From assembly GCA_027487075.1 (NCBI GenBank), contig JAIYEG010000006.1:4468-68467 (forward strand): DNA of 64,000 bases, in the 5' to 3' direction. The position numbers were made by a program, and so were the translations under genes. Source of the DNA: a bacterium. Its GTDB lineage: Bacteria; Patescibacteriota; Minisyncoccia; Phycocordibacterales; CALRBL01. Below the pieces are notes generated by a model, which was not told the origin of the DNA, did not search any database, and was given only the letters and a program-made list of their open reading frames with translations. This document shows positions 27,577 to 37,612 of this stretch, piece by piece (the first letter of the stretch is position 1; each line of letters starts with the position of its first letter).

Positions 27577-28764
27577 ATGAAAGACACCACCGTCAAAAAA
27601 TTACTCACCGCAGAAGCAAAGCGTCAGAAGTCAGTTGTTAACCTCATCGCATCCGAAAACTATGTGTCAGACGACGTGCTCGAAGCGCTCGGTTCTGAGC
27701 TCACCAACAAATACTCAGAGGGGTATCCAGGAAAGCGTTACTACGGCGGCAATGAGATTGTCGACAAAGTCGAGCTCCTTGCACAACAGCGCGCCTTCAA
27801 GCTGTTCGGGCTTTCTCCAAAGAAGTGGGCAGTGAATGTACAACCTCTTTCTGGTTCTCCTGCAAACTTCGCCGTGTATACCGCACTTCTTCCCAAAGAT
27901 GGTACGGGAAAAATTATGGGTATGTCGCTCGACAATGGGGGACACCTCACTCACGGACACAAAGCATCTGCGACAGGAAAATTCTTTCAGCAGATTTCAT
28001 TCGGCGTTGATGCGAAAACTGAAGTCATCGATTATGGAGCACTAAAACTCAAAGCGATTGCGGAGAAACCGCACATCATCGTTGCAGGGTTTACCGCATA
28101 CCCACGCAAAGTTGATTGGAAGCAGTTTCGAGAAATCGCAGATGCATGCGGAGCGCTTCTCATGGTAGACATGTCACATATTGCTGGACTCATTGCAGGC
28201 AAAGCGTATCCGACACCGTTTCAATATGCAGATGTCGTGACCACCACCACTCACAAGAGCCTTCGAGGTCCGCGCTCAGCAATGATTTTCTCAAAAATCG
28301 ATGATCGAGCGATTCCATCAAAAATCGACAAAGCAGTATTTCCCGGCCTTCAGGGAGGTCCTCACAACAATCAGATTGCGGGTATTGCAGTGGCACTAGC
28401 GGAAGCTGCAACGCCAAAGTTTAAGGCATATGCTAAGCAAGTGATGAAGAATGCGAAAGTGCTTGCTACCGAACTTCAGAAAAAAGGATGGAAGATTGTA
28501 TCAGGAGGAACCGACAGTCACATGGTACTTGTTGATACATGGATGGGTGGAAAGGGAATCTCAGGTTCTGAAGCGAGTGATCGCCTCGAGAAGGTAGGCA
28601 TCATCGTGAATAAAAATACCATCCCAGGAGAATCTCGATCTGCGTTTGATCCCTCAGGTATTCGTCTTGGAACTTGTGCCGAAACAACTCGAGGAAAGAA
28701 AGAAAAAGATTTCAAGAAGATCGCGGAGAAGATCGACAAGACACTTCGAGGGGAAACTAAATAA
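27577..28764 (+). CDS. glyA: Serine hydroxymethyltransferase
   Basis: LIASEN, EGYPGKRYYGG, TTTTHKSLRGPR. Confidence 0.97.
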   Translation: MKDTTVKKLLTAEAKRQKSVVNLIASENYVSDDVLEALGSELTNKYSEGYPGKRYYGGNEIVDKVELLAQQRAFKLFGLSPKKWAVNVQPLSGSPANFAVYTALLPKDGTGKIMGMSLDNGGHLTHGHKASATGKFFQQISFGVDAKTEVIDYGALKLKAIAEKPHIIVAGFTAYPRKVDWKQFREIADACGALLMVDMSHIAGLIAGKAYPTPFQYADVVTTTTHKSLRGPRSAMIFSKIDDRAIPSKIDKAVFPGLQGGPHNNQIAGIAVALAEAATPKFKAYAKQVMKNAKVLATELQKKGWKIVSGGTDSHMVLVDTWMGGKGISGSEASDRLEKVGIIVNKNTIPGESRSAFDPSGIRLGTCAETTRGKKEKDFKKIAEKIDKTLRGETK

Positions 28765-28765
28765 T

Positions 28766-29188
28766 ATGCAGATAAAGATCAAGCGCCTTCATCCTGATGC
28801 AAAGCTGCCAAATTTCGCACGTGAGGGAGATGTGGGACTTGATCTGTATTCCTTGGAAGAAAAAACACTTCAACCCGGTGAGCACGCAATACTCTTTACT
28901 GGATTCGCACTTGAATTCCCAAATGGCTATGCCGCGATTGTTAAAGACAAATCAAGTGTTTCTAAAGCTGGTCTTCATACGATGGGTGGAGTCTTCGATG
29001 CTGGATATCGAGGTGAGTACAACGTGCACCTCGTGAATTTGAGTGACACCGCATACACTGTAGAGAAGGGAGATAAGATTGCGCAGATCGTCATGCTTAA
29101 AGTTGAACATCCGGAGATCATTGAGGTTGATGAGTTGTCAGAAAGTGAACGAGGAACAGGAGGATTCGGTAGTACGGGTAAGAAGTAA
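28766..29188 (+). CDS. dut: dUTP diphosphatase
   Basis: GLDL, GVFDAGYRGE, KIAQ, ERGTGGFGSTG. Confidence 0.95.
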   Translation: MQIKIKRLHPDAKLPNFAREGDVGLDLYSLEEKTLQPGEHAILFTGFALEFPNGYAAIVKDKSSVSKAGLHTMGGVFDAGYRGEYNVHLVNLSDTAYTVEKGDKIAQIVMLKVEHPEIIEVDELSESERGTGGFGSTGKK

Positions 29189-29205
29189 ATAGAGGAATAA
29201 AACTT

Positions 29206-29304
29206 ACAAAACCTTTTCGGAAGGAGGCTCGCAGAGCGCGACGGCGCGAGCGTGAAAAATTTTCTAGCAAGAAAATATCTGTACTCCTGAAGAAAAGGTT
29301 TTGT
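29206..29304 (+). repeat. Structured intergenic repeat family I, copy B
   Basis: GCGC-GACG-GCGC GAGC..ATTTTCT-AGCA-AGAAAAT ATCTGT; arms ACAAAACCTTTTC/GAAAAGGTTTTGT. Confidence 0.85.
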
Positions 29305-29329
29305 GAATTTTATTTGCTATACTCATTTC

Positions 29330-29521
29330 ATGAACACCGAAGAACGCCTTCTCGCGCTGGAACAAAAGATTGATGCAATGTCAGTAGTGGTAAAAAAGCT
29401 GTACCGTGTTTTTTTGATTACCGTGATTATAAGCGTAGTTGCGTTTGTGCTTCCTTTGATCGGGCTCCTGTTTGCGATTCCATCATTTTTATCTACCTAT
29501 GCAAGTATTTTGGGACAGTAG
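29330..29521 (+). CDS. Small membrane protein
   Basis: Coiled coil plus TM; TATACT 6 nt before the ATG. Confidence 0.65.
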   Translation: MNTEERLLALEQKIDAMSVVVKKLYRVFLITVIISVVAFVLPLIGLLFAIPSFLSTYASILGQ

Positions 29522-29543
29522 CAGCTCATGCTAGACTCATCTC

Positions 29544-31310
29544 GTGAACGACACTATTAAAGCCATTATTCATAGTGCGCTTGTCGCAGAGGGAATCCCC
29601 GCTGAGGTGATATCAGCAGGAACTTTTGTGATTGAGCACCCTGCGGATCTTTCTAAAGGAGACTATTCGACCAATGCAGCGCTCGTCTACGCAAAAGTAC
29701 TCAAGCGAAATCCTGTTGAGTTGGCAAACGCGCTGGTGTCACATATCAAGCTCGAGACTGATGCGGACATAACCCGTGTAGAAGTTGCGGGTCCTGGTTT
29801 TATTAATTTCTTTCTTTCATCGCTTTTTTTCGGAAAGCAGGTGAAAGTAATTCTCGAGAATCCTGAACGTTTCGGACACTCTTCAACTATGAAAGGGCAG
29901 GTGTGGGCGGTGGAGTATGCGTCGCCAAACCCAAACAAGGCAATGCACCTTGGTCATCTTCGCAACACCATTACGGGCGTCGCACTTTGTAATTTGCTTG
30001 AAGCAAATGGAGCGACGGTCATTCGTGAGATGGTGGACAACAATCGCGGTATCTCTATCGCAAAACTTATGTGGGGCTACCTTGTGTCTGCAAAGAAAGA
30101 TGGAAACCGTGTTGAAGACCTTGCGTATTGGCAATCACACAAAGATGAATGGCACACCATCACTGCTTCAGATCGACGTGTGCTCGATGTATGGTATGTG
30201 ACAGGTTCGGAGGAGTGTAAGGATCCGGCGCAAGAAGCGAAAGTACGTGAGCTCGTGGTGAAATGGGAAGCAAAAGATCCGGTGGTGTGGGATTTATGGA
30301 AGACGGTGCTTGATTTTGCGTATCTTCTTCAGAAAGCAACGCTTACTCGTCTTGGTGCGACCTTTGATTATGTCTGGCACGAACACGAACACTATGAAGA
30401 AGGAAAGCGTTATGTAGATGCGGGTGTGAAGACTGGTGTATTTCGTGTGCTCGAAGATGGAGCAATCCTCACTACACTTGAATCATTCGGACTCAGCGAT
30501 ACGATCGTGCAAAAGAATGATGGAACATCACTCTACATCACCCAAGACATCGCTCTCACTGATCTCAAAAAGAAAAAGCACAATGCCGACCATCAGGTAT
30601 GGGTGATTGGTCCTGAGCAATCGCTTGCGCTTCAGCAATTGTTTGCAGTGTGCGAACAGCTTGGTATCGGAATGCGCGAAGAATTTTCTCATGTCTCATA
30701 TGGGTATGTGACCATCAAAGGTCAGGGCAAGATGAGTTCTCGTGAAGGGAATGTGCTCTATGCTGATGATCTTCTTGATGAGCTTCGCATAAAGACAGAG
30801 GGAATCATGGCAGAACGACTTTCGGGGCAAGATAAATCAGTTATTGCAGAAAAGATCGCGCTTGGTGCTGCAATTTATGAAATGCTCAAAGCGGGGCGCA
30901 CTAAAGATATCGCATTTGATATGGAATCAGCGCTTTCATTTGAAGGAGATTCAGGTCCGTATCTTCAGTATGCTCACACCCGCGCACTTTCTATCATGCG
31001 CAAAGCCAAAGAGCAGGGCATCGGTCCTGACGTGGATGGTGCACTTCCTCATGAAGAAAGTGAATTGATTCGAAAGATCTATCGTTTGCCAGAGGTTATC
31101 GAAGAAGCTGCAAAGCTCTATGCTCCTCAGCAGGTGGTGACGTTCCTTACCGATCTTGCGGCGACCTTTAATAATTACTATGCGCATACACAAGTGATTG
31201 CTGACAATGATGCGACGTCTGGAAGACGTGTTGCACTCGTGGCTGCGTTTGCAGAGGTTATGGAGAGTGGGTTGAAGGTTCTTGGTATCAAAACACCGGG
31301 CGTAATGTAA
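29544..31310 (+). CDS. argS: Arginine--tRNA ligase
   Basis: GDYSTN, GPGFINF, SPNPNKAMHLGHLR, KMSSR, GPYLQYAH. Confidence 0.96.
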   Translation: MNDTIKAIIHSALVAEGIPAEVISAGTFVIEHPADLSKGDYSTNAALVYAKVLKRNPVELANALVSHIKLETDADITRVEVAGPGFINFFLSSLFFGKQVKVILENPERFGHSSTMKGQVWAVEYASPNPNKAMHLGHLRNTITGVALCNLLEANGATVIREMVDNNRGISIAKLMWGYLVSAKKDGNRVEDLAYWQSHKDEWHTITASDRRVLDVWYVTGSEECKDPAQEAKVRELVVKWEAKDPVVWDLWKTVLDFAYLLQKATLTRLGATFDYVWHEHEHYEEGKRYVDAGVKTGVFRVLEDGAILTTLESFGLSDTIVQKNDGTSLYITQDIALTDLKKKKHNADHQVWVIGPEQSLALQQLFAVCEQLGIGMREEFSHVSYGYVTIKGQGKMSSREGNVLYADDLLDELRIKTEGIMAERLSGQDKSVIAEKIALGAAIYEMLKAGRTKDIAFDMESALSFEGDSGPYLQYAHTRALSIMRKAKEQGIGPDVDGALPHEESELIRKIYRLPEVIEEAAKLYAPQQVVTFLTDLAATFNNYYAHTQVIADNDATSGRRVALVAAFAEVMESGLKVLGIKTPGVM

Positions 31311-31423
31311 CTAGCACAGAATTCTTACTCGGAGAAAACATTGCGCAAGCGCGACGGCGCGAGCATAAGAATTTTCTACCAAGAAAATATCTGTGTTTTC
31401 GAAGAGTAGAGATTTTGTGCTAG
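31311..31423 (+). repeat. Structured intergenic repeat family I, copy C
   Basis: GCGC-GACG-GCGC GAGCATAAGA ATTTTCT-ACCA-AGAAAAT ATCTGTG; arms CTAGCACAGAAT../..ATTTTGTGCTAG. Confidence 0.85.
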
Positions 31424-31432
31424 GATAACCCC

Positions 31433-34400
31433 ATGTACAGCCCTCAAAGAGAGACAGAGATCCTCGATTTCTGGAAGAAACACGACATTTTTAATAAGAG
31501 CCTTGAACGGACGAAGGAGGGAGAACCTTATGTGTTTTACGATGGACCGCCTTTCGCGACGGGGCTTCCGCACGTGGGGCACGTCCTTCCATCGACGATG
31601 AAAGACCTCATGCCACGTTATCAGACCATGCGCGGTCGCTATGTGGCACGCCGATGGGGATGGGATTGTCACGGACTTCCGGTAGAAAACCTTGTCGAGA
31701 AAGAGCTTGGACTCAAAACCAAGAAAGATATTCTTGATCTTGGGATCGAGAAGTTCAACACCGCTGCCAAAAACAGCGTGCTTCGCTATGCCGATCAGTG
31801 GCGCGAGCTGGTACCACGTTTTGGACGATGGGTGGATATGGATCATGACTACCGCACTATGGATGCTGACTACACCAGCTCGGTGTGGAGTGTCTTTTCA
31901 CGCCTTAACGACAAGAAACTTGTCTACGAAGGTTTCAAAGTAATGTATGTCTGTCCTCGTTGCGAAACTAGCCTCTCAAACTTCGAAGTGAATCAGGGAT
32001 ACAAAGACATCACTGATATTTCGGTGTATGTGAAATTCGCGAAGGTGAATGCTGAAGCTGACGCGAATGCTTCAAAAGAACATCTTCTTGCGTGGACCAC
32101 AACGCCATGGACTCTTCCTGGCAATATGGCGCTTGCCGTCGGACGCGATATGGAGTATGTGAAGGTTGAAATCACGGGAGAAGAAGGTGTGGTGGTGCTT
32201 GCAACGTCACGCGTAGAGCACGTACTCAAAGGAAAAGAATATAAGGTCGTAGCAGAGATGAAGGGAAGTGAACTCGTCGGCACTTCATATGAACCTGTGT
32301 TTGATACCTACAAAAATGCTGACCTTCAAAACAAGGCGAATGCATGGAAAGTATACGCAGCTGATTTTGTAACAGATGGTGATGGAACCGGTATCGTGCA
32401 TATTGCTCCTGGATTTGGAGATGATGACCTCAGGCTTTCTCAGGCGGAGCAGATTCCATTTGTGCAGCATGTCGGAATGAATGGCATCATCAAAGATGAA
32501 GTTACTGAATTTGCAGGTCTTCATGCAAAACCAAAAGATGAAAAGAAAGATGAGCATCAAGCGACCGATATTGAAGTGATCAAGTATCTCGCAAAGAAAG
32601 GTGCACTCTTCTCAAAAGAAAAAATTGTCCACTCATATCCGCACTGTTGGCGATGCAGTACACCACTTCTTAACTTCGCTACTACCTCGTGGTTCGTGAA
32701 GGTGACTGATCTTAAAGACAAACTCGTTGCAGAGAATAATAAGATTCACTGGGTGCCAGAAGCGGTAGGTGCAAACCGCTTTGGAAAGTGGCTCGAAGGT
32801 GCTCGCGATTGGGCGGTGTCACGAGCCCGTTTTTGGGGTGCACCGATTCCCGTATGGCGAAGTGCTGACGGAAAAACTATAGAGTGCGTGAGCTCCCTTG
32901 ATGATTTGAAGAATAAGATTCGACGCAACACTTATATCGCCATGCGTCATGGTGAGTCTGAACACAATGTAAAAGGCGTGCTTGATTCATCACTCAAGAG
33001 TACCTCGCATCTCACCGACAAAGGAAAAGAAGAAGTAAAAGCAACGGCCGCTGAAATCGGCATGGTTGATGTGATATATATTTCGCCACTGCTTCGCACG
33101 AAAGAAACGGCAAAGATTGTTGAAACAACGATCGGTTATACAGGAAAGGTGATAGTTGATCCGCGACTTGCAGAGTTTGATACTGGCGACTTCGACAAGA
33201 AGCCTCGTGAAGCATTCTTTGCCTACCTCGATACACATCGAACAGGCTCATGGCTTGATATGAAGATTCCAGGTGGGGAAGGATACAAGGATGTACGCAA
33301 TCGCGTATCGGAATTTTTGTATGACATCGATGCACAGCATGAAGGTAAGCGCATCCTCATCATCACTCATGAAGCGCTTGTAAAAATGATCGAAGCGGTA
33401 TCGCTCGGTGGTACTGCAAAAGATGTGACTCATGTATGGAATCAGGGTGGGGTAGCGACTGCGGATACACGCACTATCGACTTTGCCGCTCTTCCAAAAA
33501 ATGCTGACCACGAGCTTGATCTGCATCGTCCCTATATCGACGAGATCACTTGGAACGGCTTGAAGCGAGTTCCTGATGTGTTTGATTGCTGGTTTGAATC
33601 GGGCTCAATGCCATTTGCCTCGCATCAGACCAATTACCCTGCAGAGTTTATTGCGGAAGGTCTCGATCAGACGCGCGGATGGTTCTACTCAATGCTGGTG
33701 CTCGGTGTTGCGCTCGAAGATGCATCTCCCTACAAAAACGTGGTAGTGAATGGGCTGATCCTTGCAGAAGACGGCAAGAAAATGTCAAAGAGTCTTAACA
33801 ATTATCCGCCTCTTGATAAGATTCTCGAGAAGTATGGAGTCGATTCACTGCGCTACTTCCTCCTCTCATCACCTTCAGTGAAGTCTGAAGACACCGCATT
33901 TTCTGAGAAGAGCCTGGATGAAGTGATCAAGAAGCATTTCAATCGTCTGTACAATGTCATCTCTTTGTATGACACCTTCGACTCAACGGATCTTCCGACG
34001 GTGCAATCAGAGCATGTACTCGATCAGTGGATTGTGGCACTGCTTCGCAAGACCGCTGAAACTATCACCTATCACCTTGATCGTTACGAATTCGATAAGG
34101 CAACCAAGCCACTCGGTGACTTCATCGAAGATCTTTCGGTGTGGTATATCCGTCGTTCACGCGATCGCTTTAAGAGTGATGATGTGATAGATAAAGCGGC
34201 AGCACTTGCGACGACGCGCTATGTGCTTATTGAGTTCGCAAAACTCGCGGCGCCATTTGTGCCATTCATTGCCGAAGATGTGTATCTTCATATGACGAAG
34301 GGAATGACTGATGCACAAGAAAGTGTGCATCTTGAAAGCTGGCCAACACTCGGCGCTCCCGATCAACTCGCACTCGCAAAGATGGCAGAGACACGTAAGA

Positions 34401-34861
34401 TTGTGTCGATGGCGCTTGAGGCTCGTGCAAAGCGCACCATCAAAGTACGCCAGCCACTCTCACGACTTATGCTTCGCACCGATGAATACGATATTGCCGA
34501 TGATAGTGCTTATGCCGAACTCATCAAAGATGAAGTGAATGTAAAAGAAGTGATTCTTGATAGTGCGATCGAAGATGAGGTGATGCTCGATATCACGCTT
34601 ACCCCAGAACTCATTCAGGAAGGAGTGGTGCGTGAGCTCATGCGTTTCGTGCAGGATATGCGCAAGAACGCAGGACTTTCTCCAAAAGATACGATTGTAC
34701 TCACGGTACATGCTGGTGAAAACGAAAAAGCAATCATCGAACGTTTTAAAGAAGAGCTCATGAAGACAGCGCGTATTGCAGATATTGTGTACGCTCACAC
34801 TGATGGCGAAAAACTTACCGTCGAAGACTACCACTTCACACTTTCATTGAAGACGTTGTAA
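31433..34861 (+). CDS. ileS: Isoleucine--tRNA ligase (type 2) with an inserted histidine-phosphatase domain
   Basis: DGPPFATGLPHVGH, GWDCHGLP, WTTTPWT, KMSKS; internal RHGES...THE domain. Confidence 0.95.
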   Translation: MYSPQRETEILDFWKKHDIFNKSLERTKEGEPYVFYDGPPFATGLPHVGHVLPSTMKDLMPRYQTMRGRYVARRWGWDCHGLPVENLVEKELGLKTKKDILDLGIEKFNTAAKNSVLRYADQWRELVPRFGRWVDMDHDYRTMDADYTSSVWSVFSRLNDKKLVYEGFKVMYVCPRCETSLSNFEVNQGYKDITDISVYVKFAKVNAEADANASKEHLLAWTTTPWTLPGNMALAVGRDMEYVKVEITGEEGVVVLATSRVEHVLKGKEYKVVAEMKGSELVGTSYEPVFDTYKNADLQNKANAWKVYAADFVTDGDGTGIVHIAPGFGDDDLRLSQAEQIPFVQHVGMNGIIKDEVTEFAGLHAKPKDEKKDEHQATDIEVIKYLAKKGALFSKEKIVHSYPHCWRCSTPLLNFATTSWFVKVTDLKDKLVAENNKIHWVPEAVGANRFGKWLEGARDWAVSRARFWGAPIPVWRSADGKTIECVSSLDDLKNKIRRNTYIAMRHGESEHNVKGVLDSSLKSTSHLTDKGKEEVKATAAEIGMVDVIYISPLLRTKETAKIVETTIGYTGKVIVDPRLAEFDTGDFDKKPREAFFAYLDTHRTGSWLDMKIPGGEGYKDVRNRVSEFLYDIDAQHEGKRILIITHEALVKMIEAVSLGGTAKDVTHVWNQGGVATADTRTIDFAALPKNADHELDLHRPYIDEITWNGLKRVPDVFDCWFESGSMPFASHQTNYPAEFIAEGLDQTRGWFYSMLVLGVALEDASPYKNVVVNGLILAEDGKKMSKSLNNYPPLDKILEKYGVDSLRYFLLSSPSVKSEDTAFSEKSLDEVIKKHFNRLYNVISLYDTFDSTDLPTVQSEHVLDQWIVALLRKTAETITYHLDRYEFDKATKPLGDFIEDLSVWYIRRSRDRFKSDDVIDKAAALATTRYVLIEFAKLAAPFVPFIAEDVYLHMTKGMTDAQESVHLESWPTLGAPDQLALAKMAETRKIVSMALEARAKRTIKVRQPLSRLMLRTDEYDIADDSAYAELIKDEVNVKEVILDSAIEDEVMLDITLTPELIQEGVVRELMRFVQDMRKNAGLSPKDTIVLTVHAGENEKAIIERFKEELMKTARIADIVYAHTDGEKLTVEDYHFTLSLKTL

Positions 34862-34880
34862 CTAGGTACACACATATCAT

Positions 34881-35462
34881 ATGCATACCATCTTCGAGAC
34901 CGATTGCTTCATTTTAAGAAGCGTTCCGTCAGGGGAGGCGAATAAAGTCTTCGAGCTCTTCACCAAAGAGTTTGGATTGCTTCGTGCGACCGCTCAAGGG
35001 GTGCGCCATCTTAAGTCAAAACTTCGTTACACACTCACTGATTTTGCGTTGGTGCGTGTGTCACTTGTACGCGGAAAAGAATATTGGCGCATTACCACCG
35101 CACTCAAAATAGATGATGCAATGACGGCAATCCCTGATCGTGCCTCACGTGAGGTGTTGGTGCGTATTGCGGCACTCCTTCGGCGATTGCTTCAAGGGGA
35201 AGAATCCCATCCCGAATTATTTGTATTGATGCTCACTGTATTTGAAATACTTAAGGTTGCCTCAACGGAACAACGTATGGCGATAGAAGAAGTGGCAGTG
35301 CTCCGTGTGCTGACCTTACTTGGATATGTGCAAGATGATCCGATGCTGCGTGAGCTTGCACAAGGGCAGGAATTTTCCGTGGCAGTGCTCGAACAAGCAA
35401 CACTGCTTCGAAAACAAATGGTGACGGAAATCAATCGCGCGCTACGGGCATCGAGTTTGTGA
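34881..35462 (+). CDS. recO: DNA repair protein RecO (short form)
   Basis: N-terminal OB fold: GEANK..LFTKEFG..A.AQGVR..KSKL. Confidence 0.85.
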   Translation: MHTIFETDCFILRSVPSGEANKVFELFTKEFGLLRATAQGVRHLKSKLRYTLTDFALVRVSLVRGKEYWRITTALKIDDAMTAIPDRASREVLVRIAALLRRLLQGEESHPELFVLMLTVFEILKVASTEQRMAIEEVAVLRVLTLLGYVQDDPMLRELAQGQEFSVAVLEQATLLRKQMVTEINRALRASSL

Positions 35463-35475
35463 TATACTTTTTTGT

Positions 35476-37422
35476 ATGAATGATCTTGAGCGACAACGTG
35501 AAGAAGAGGAGGAGCGAAAAAGTCGTATCGACTCTGCGCGCGACAATTTGTATCGCCCAGGAGGTCCAAGTGTGATTCATCGTGAATCAGATCCGCGATT
35601 GCCGCAGGAAGAAGAGGCGCTCCCATCTCAAACATTCGCTCCACGTGTACCGCGCACCTTCGATGAACAAAAGTTTGCCTCAAAAGCAACTACGATCTTC
35701 CGTCGCATGTTCTTGGGAGCTCTGGTGTTTTTCGTAATTGCAATTGGCGTAGCAGGGTACATGTATTACTACGGCAACACCACTATCTCCGCAAAAAATA
35801 TTGAAGTCGATATTGTTGCACCACCGTCTGTGCCTTCAAGTGACACCTTTTCGTATGATGTGAGTATTCAAAATGGCAACAATGGTGATCTTCTTAACAC
35901 CGCACTCGTCATTGATTACCCAGAGGGCACGCGTAGCGTCGAAGATAATACGAAGCCGTTGGTGAGTGAGCGTATTGAGCTCGGTACCTTGTCGAAGGGG
36001 GCAGTAGTACGCCGCACATTGTCTGCGCGATTCTTTGGAGAAGAGAATGCGCAAAAAGATGTGCAGGTCCGAATCGAATATCAGGTGCCTGGATCTAATG
36101 GGCAGTTTAGTAAAGATGCCGGATTTAGTGTGTTCTTGAGACTCGCCCCTGTCGTGCTCACCATCGATGCGCTCAAAGAAATCAATAACAACCAAGAGGT
36201 GACATTGGTTGCTAAAGTGGTGTCAAACTCAAACAATACCTTAAGCAATCTCGCTCTCAATGTGACATATCCCTTCGGTTTTACGTACAAGAGCTCGAAT
36301 CTCGAAGTTGATGGACGAAAAGGAGAATTTCCACTCGGTGAACTCAAGCCAAATGAGACAAAGACGGTTGAGATTGTGGGAGATATCAGTGGGCAAAGCA
36401 ATGAAGATAAAGTATTTAAATTTAACGTAGGTACGGCAAGTAATGCAGATTCAACACGCGTGAGCACCTCACTTGCAATGCATGTGCATGACATGGTGAT
36501 TCGTGGAGATTTCTTGGCAACGTCGATCACCTTCGCAGATCGTAAGGATTATGTGATTGTTGGTGATAAGCTTCGAGGGACTATACAATGGCAGAATACG
36601 CTCAATGTGCCAGTCAACGATGCTAAGTTCACGCTTAAGATTGACGGGGACTTGATTGATAAAGATAATATCCGCGCAACTCAGGGATATTACGACTCAA
36701 ATCGCTCACTTATTGAATGGAATAAGAATATTGATCCTCGACTTGAAGAAATAAAGCCTGGTGAAAAGGGAGAATTCGCATTCGCTGTTGATCTTAAAGG
36801 TTTCGACGAAGCTCTTGCGGAACGGATTAGTAATCCAAAAATTAATTTGAAGTTCGATGTGCATGCGCGACGTATCAATGAGAATGATGTGACAGAAGAC
36901 ATTGAATCATCATTTGAGAGATCAGTGCCCATGGTGTCAGATGTGGTACTTACAGGCAAGACACTTTATAGCAGTGGTCCCTTGAAAAACAGTGGCCCTA
37001 TACCTCCAAAGGTTGAAACCAAGACCACGTATACCGTAGCACTCACCCTTACCAACACGGTTAATGAAGTATCAAATGGAGAGCTCACCCTTACGCTTCC
37101 CAACTATGTAACCTATGAAGGCGAGGTGACGCCCTCAAGTGAACGTATTTTATGGAATAGTAGCACCAAACAGCTTCGTTGGAGTGTGGGGTCATTGCCC
37201 GTGCGCACAGGATTTGGCACCGCGCCACGCACACTCAACTTTAAAGTGAGTGTATTGCCAAGTCGAAGTCAAATTGGAAAGACGTTGAATCTGGTGAATA
37301 ATGTTAGCTTTGTAGGACGTGATAATTTCGCAAATGCAGAGGTGAAGGCATCAGGAAATATTGTGACAACTTCGGTGCAAGATCCCGGAGCTGGATTTGG
37401 CACAGGGCAAGTGGTACAGTAA
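35476..37422 (+). CDS. Large single-TM protein with tandem Ig-like (DUF11-like) domains
   Basis: N-terminal TM; repeated beta-sandwich segments. Confidence 0.7.
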   Translation: MNDLERQREEEEERKSRIDSARDNLYRPGGPSVIHRESDPRLPQEEEALPSQTFAPRVPRTFDEQKFASKATTIFRRMFLGALVFFVIAIGVAGYMYYYGNTTISAKNIEVDIVAPPSVPSSDTFSYDVSIQNGNNGDLLNTALVIDYPEGTRSVEDNTKPLVSERIELGTLSKGAVVRRTLSARFFGEENAQKDVQVRIEYQVPGSNGQFSKDAGFSVFLRLAPVVLTIDALKEINNNQEVTLVAKVVSNSNNTLSNLALNVTYPFGFTYKSSNLEVDGRKGEFPLGELKPNETKTVEIVGDISGQSNEDKVFKFNVGTASNADSTRVSTSLAMHVHDMVIRGDFLATSITFADRKDYVIVGDKLRGTIQWQNTLNVPVNDAKFTLKIDGDLIDKDNIRATQGYYDSNRSLIEWNKNIDPRLEEIKPGEKGEFAFAVDLKGFDEALAERISNPKINLKFDVHARRINENDVTEDIESSFERSVPMVSDVVLTGKTLYSSGPLKNSGPIPPKVETKTTYTVALTLTNTVNEVSNGELTLTLPNYVTYEGEVTPSSERILWNSSTKQLRWSVGSLPVRTGFGTAPRTLNFKVSVLPSRSQIGKTLNLVNNVSFVGRDNFANAEVKASGNIVTTSVQDPGAGFGTGQVVQ

Positions 37423-37604
37423 AGGGGACAGGCACCTTTTTTCGTGAAGCAGAGCACCACATAATCGTCAGTGTCCTTACAGGAGCACGGATATTTTCTT
37501 ACTAGAAAATTCCTCGTGCTCGCTCCGTCGAAGCCCCACAAGGCTCCTTTCAGGACACCGCCGATTATGCGTTTCTCTGTCTTTAAAAAGGTGCCTGCCC
37601 CCTT
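37422..37604 (-). repeat. Structured intergenic repeat family I, copy E (inverted)
   Basis: Minus strand GCTTC-GACG-GAGC GAGCACGAGGA ATTTTCT-AGTA-AGAAAAT ATCCGTGCTCCT; core nearly identical to copy A. Confidence 0.88.
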
Positions 37605-37612
37605 AATTTTAT

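Noticed and set aside
31311-31423. T-box riboswitch upstream of ileS or glyQS
   Set aside because: No T-box consensus or specifier stem; the ileS -10 box lies at the 3' edge of the element; the glyQS copy is antisense
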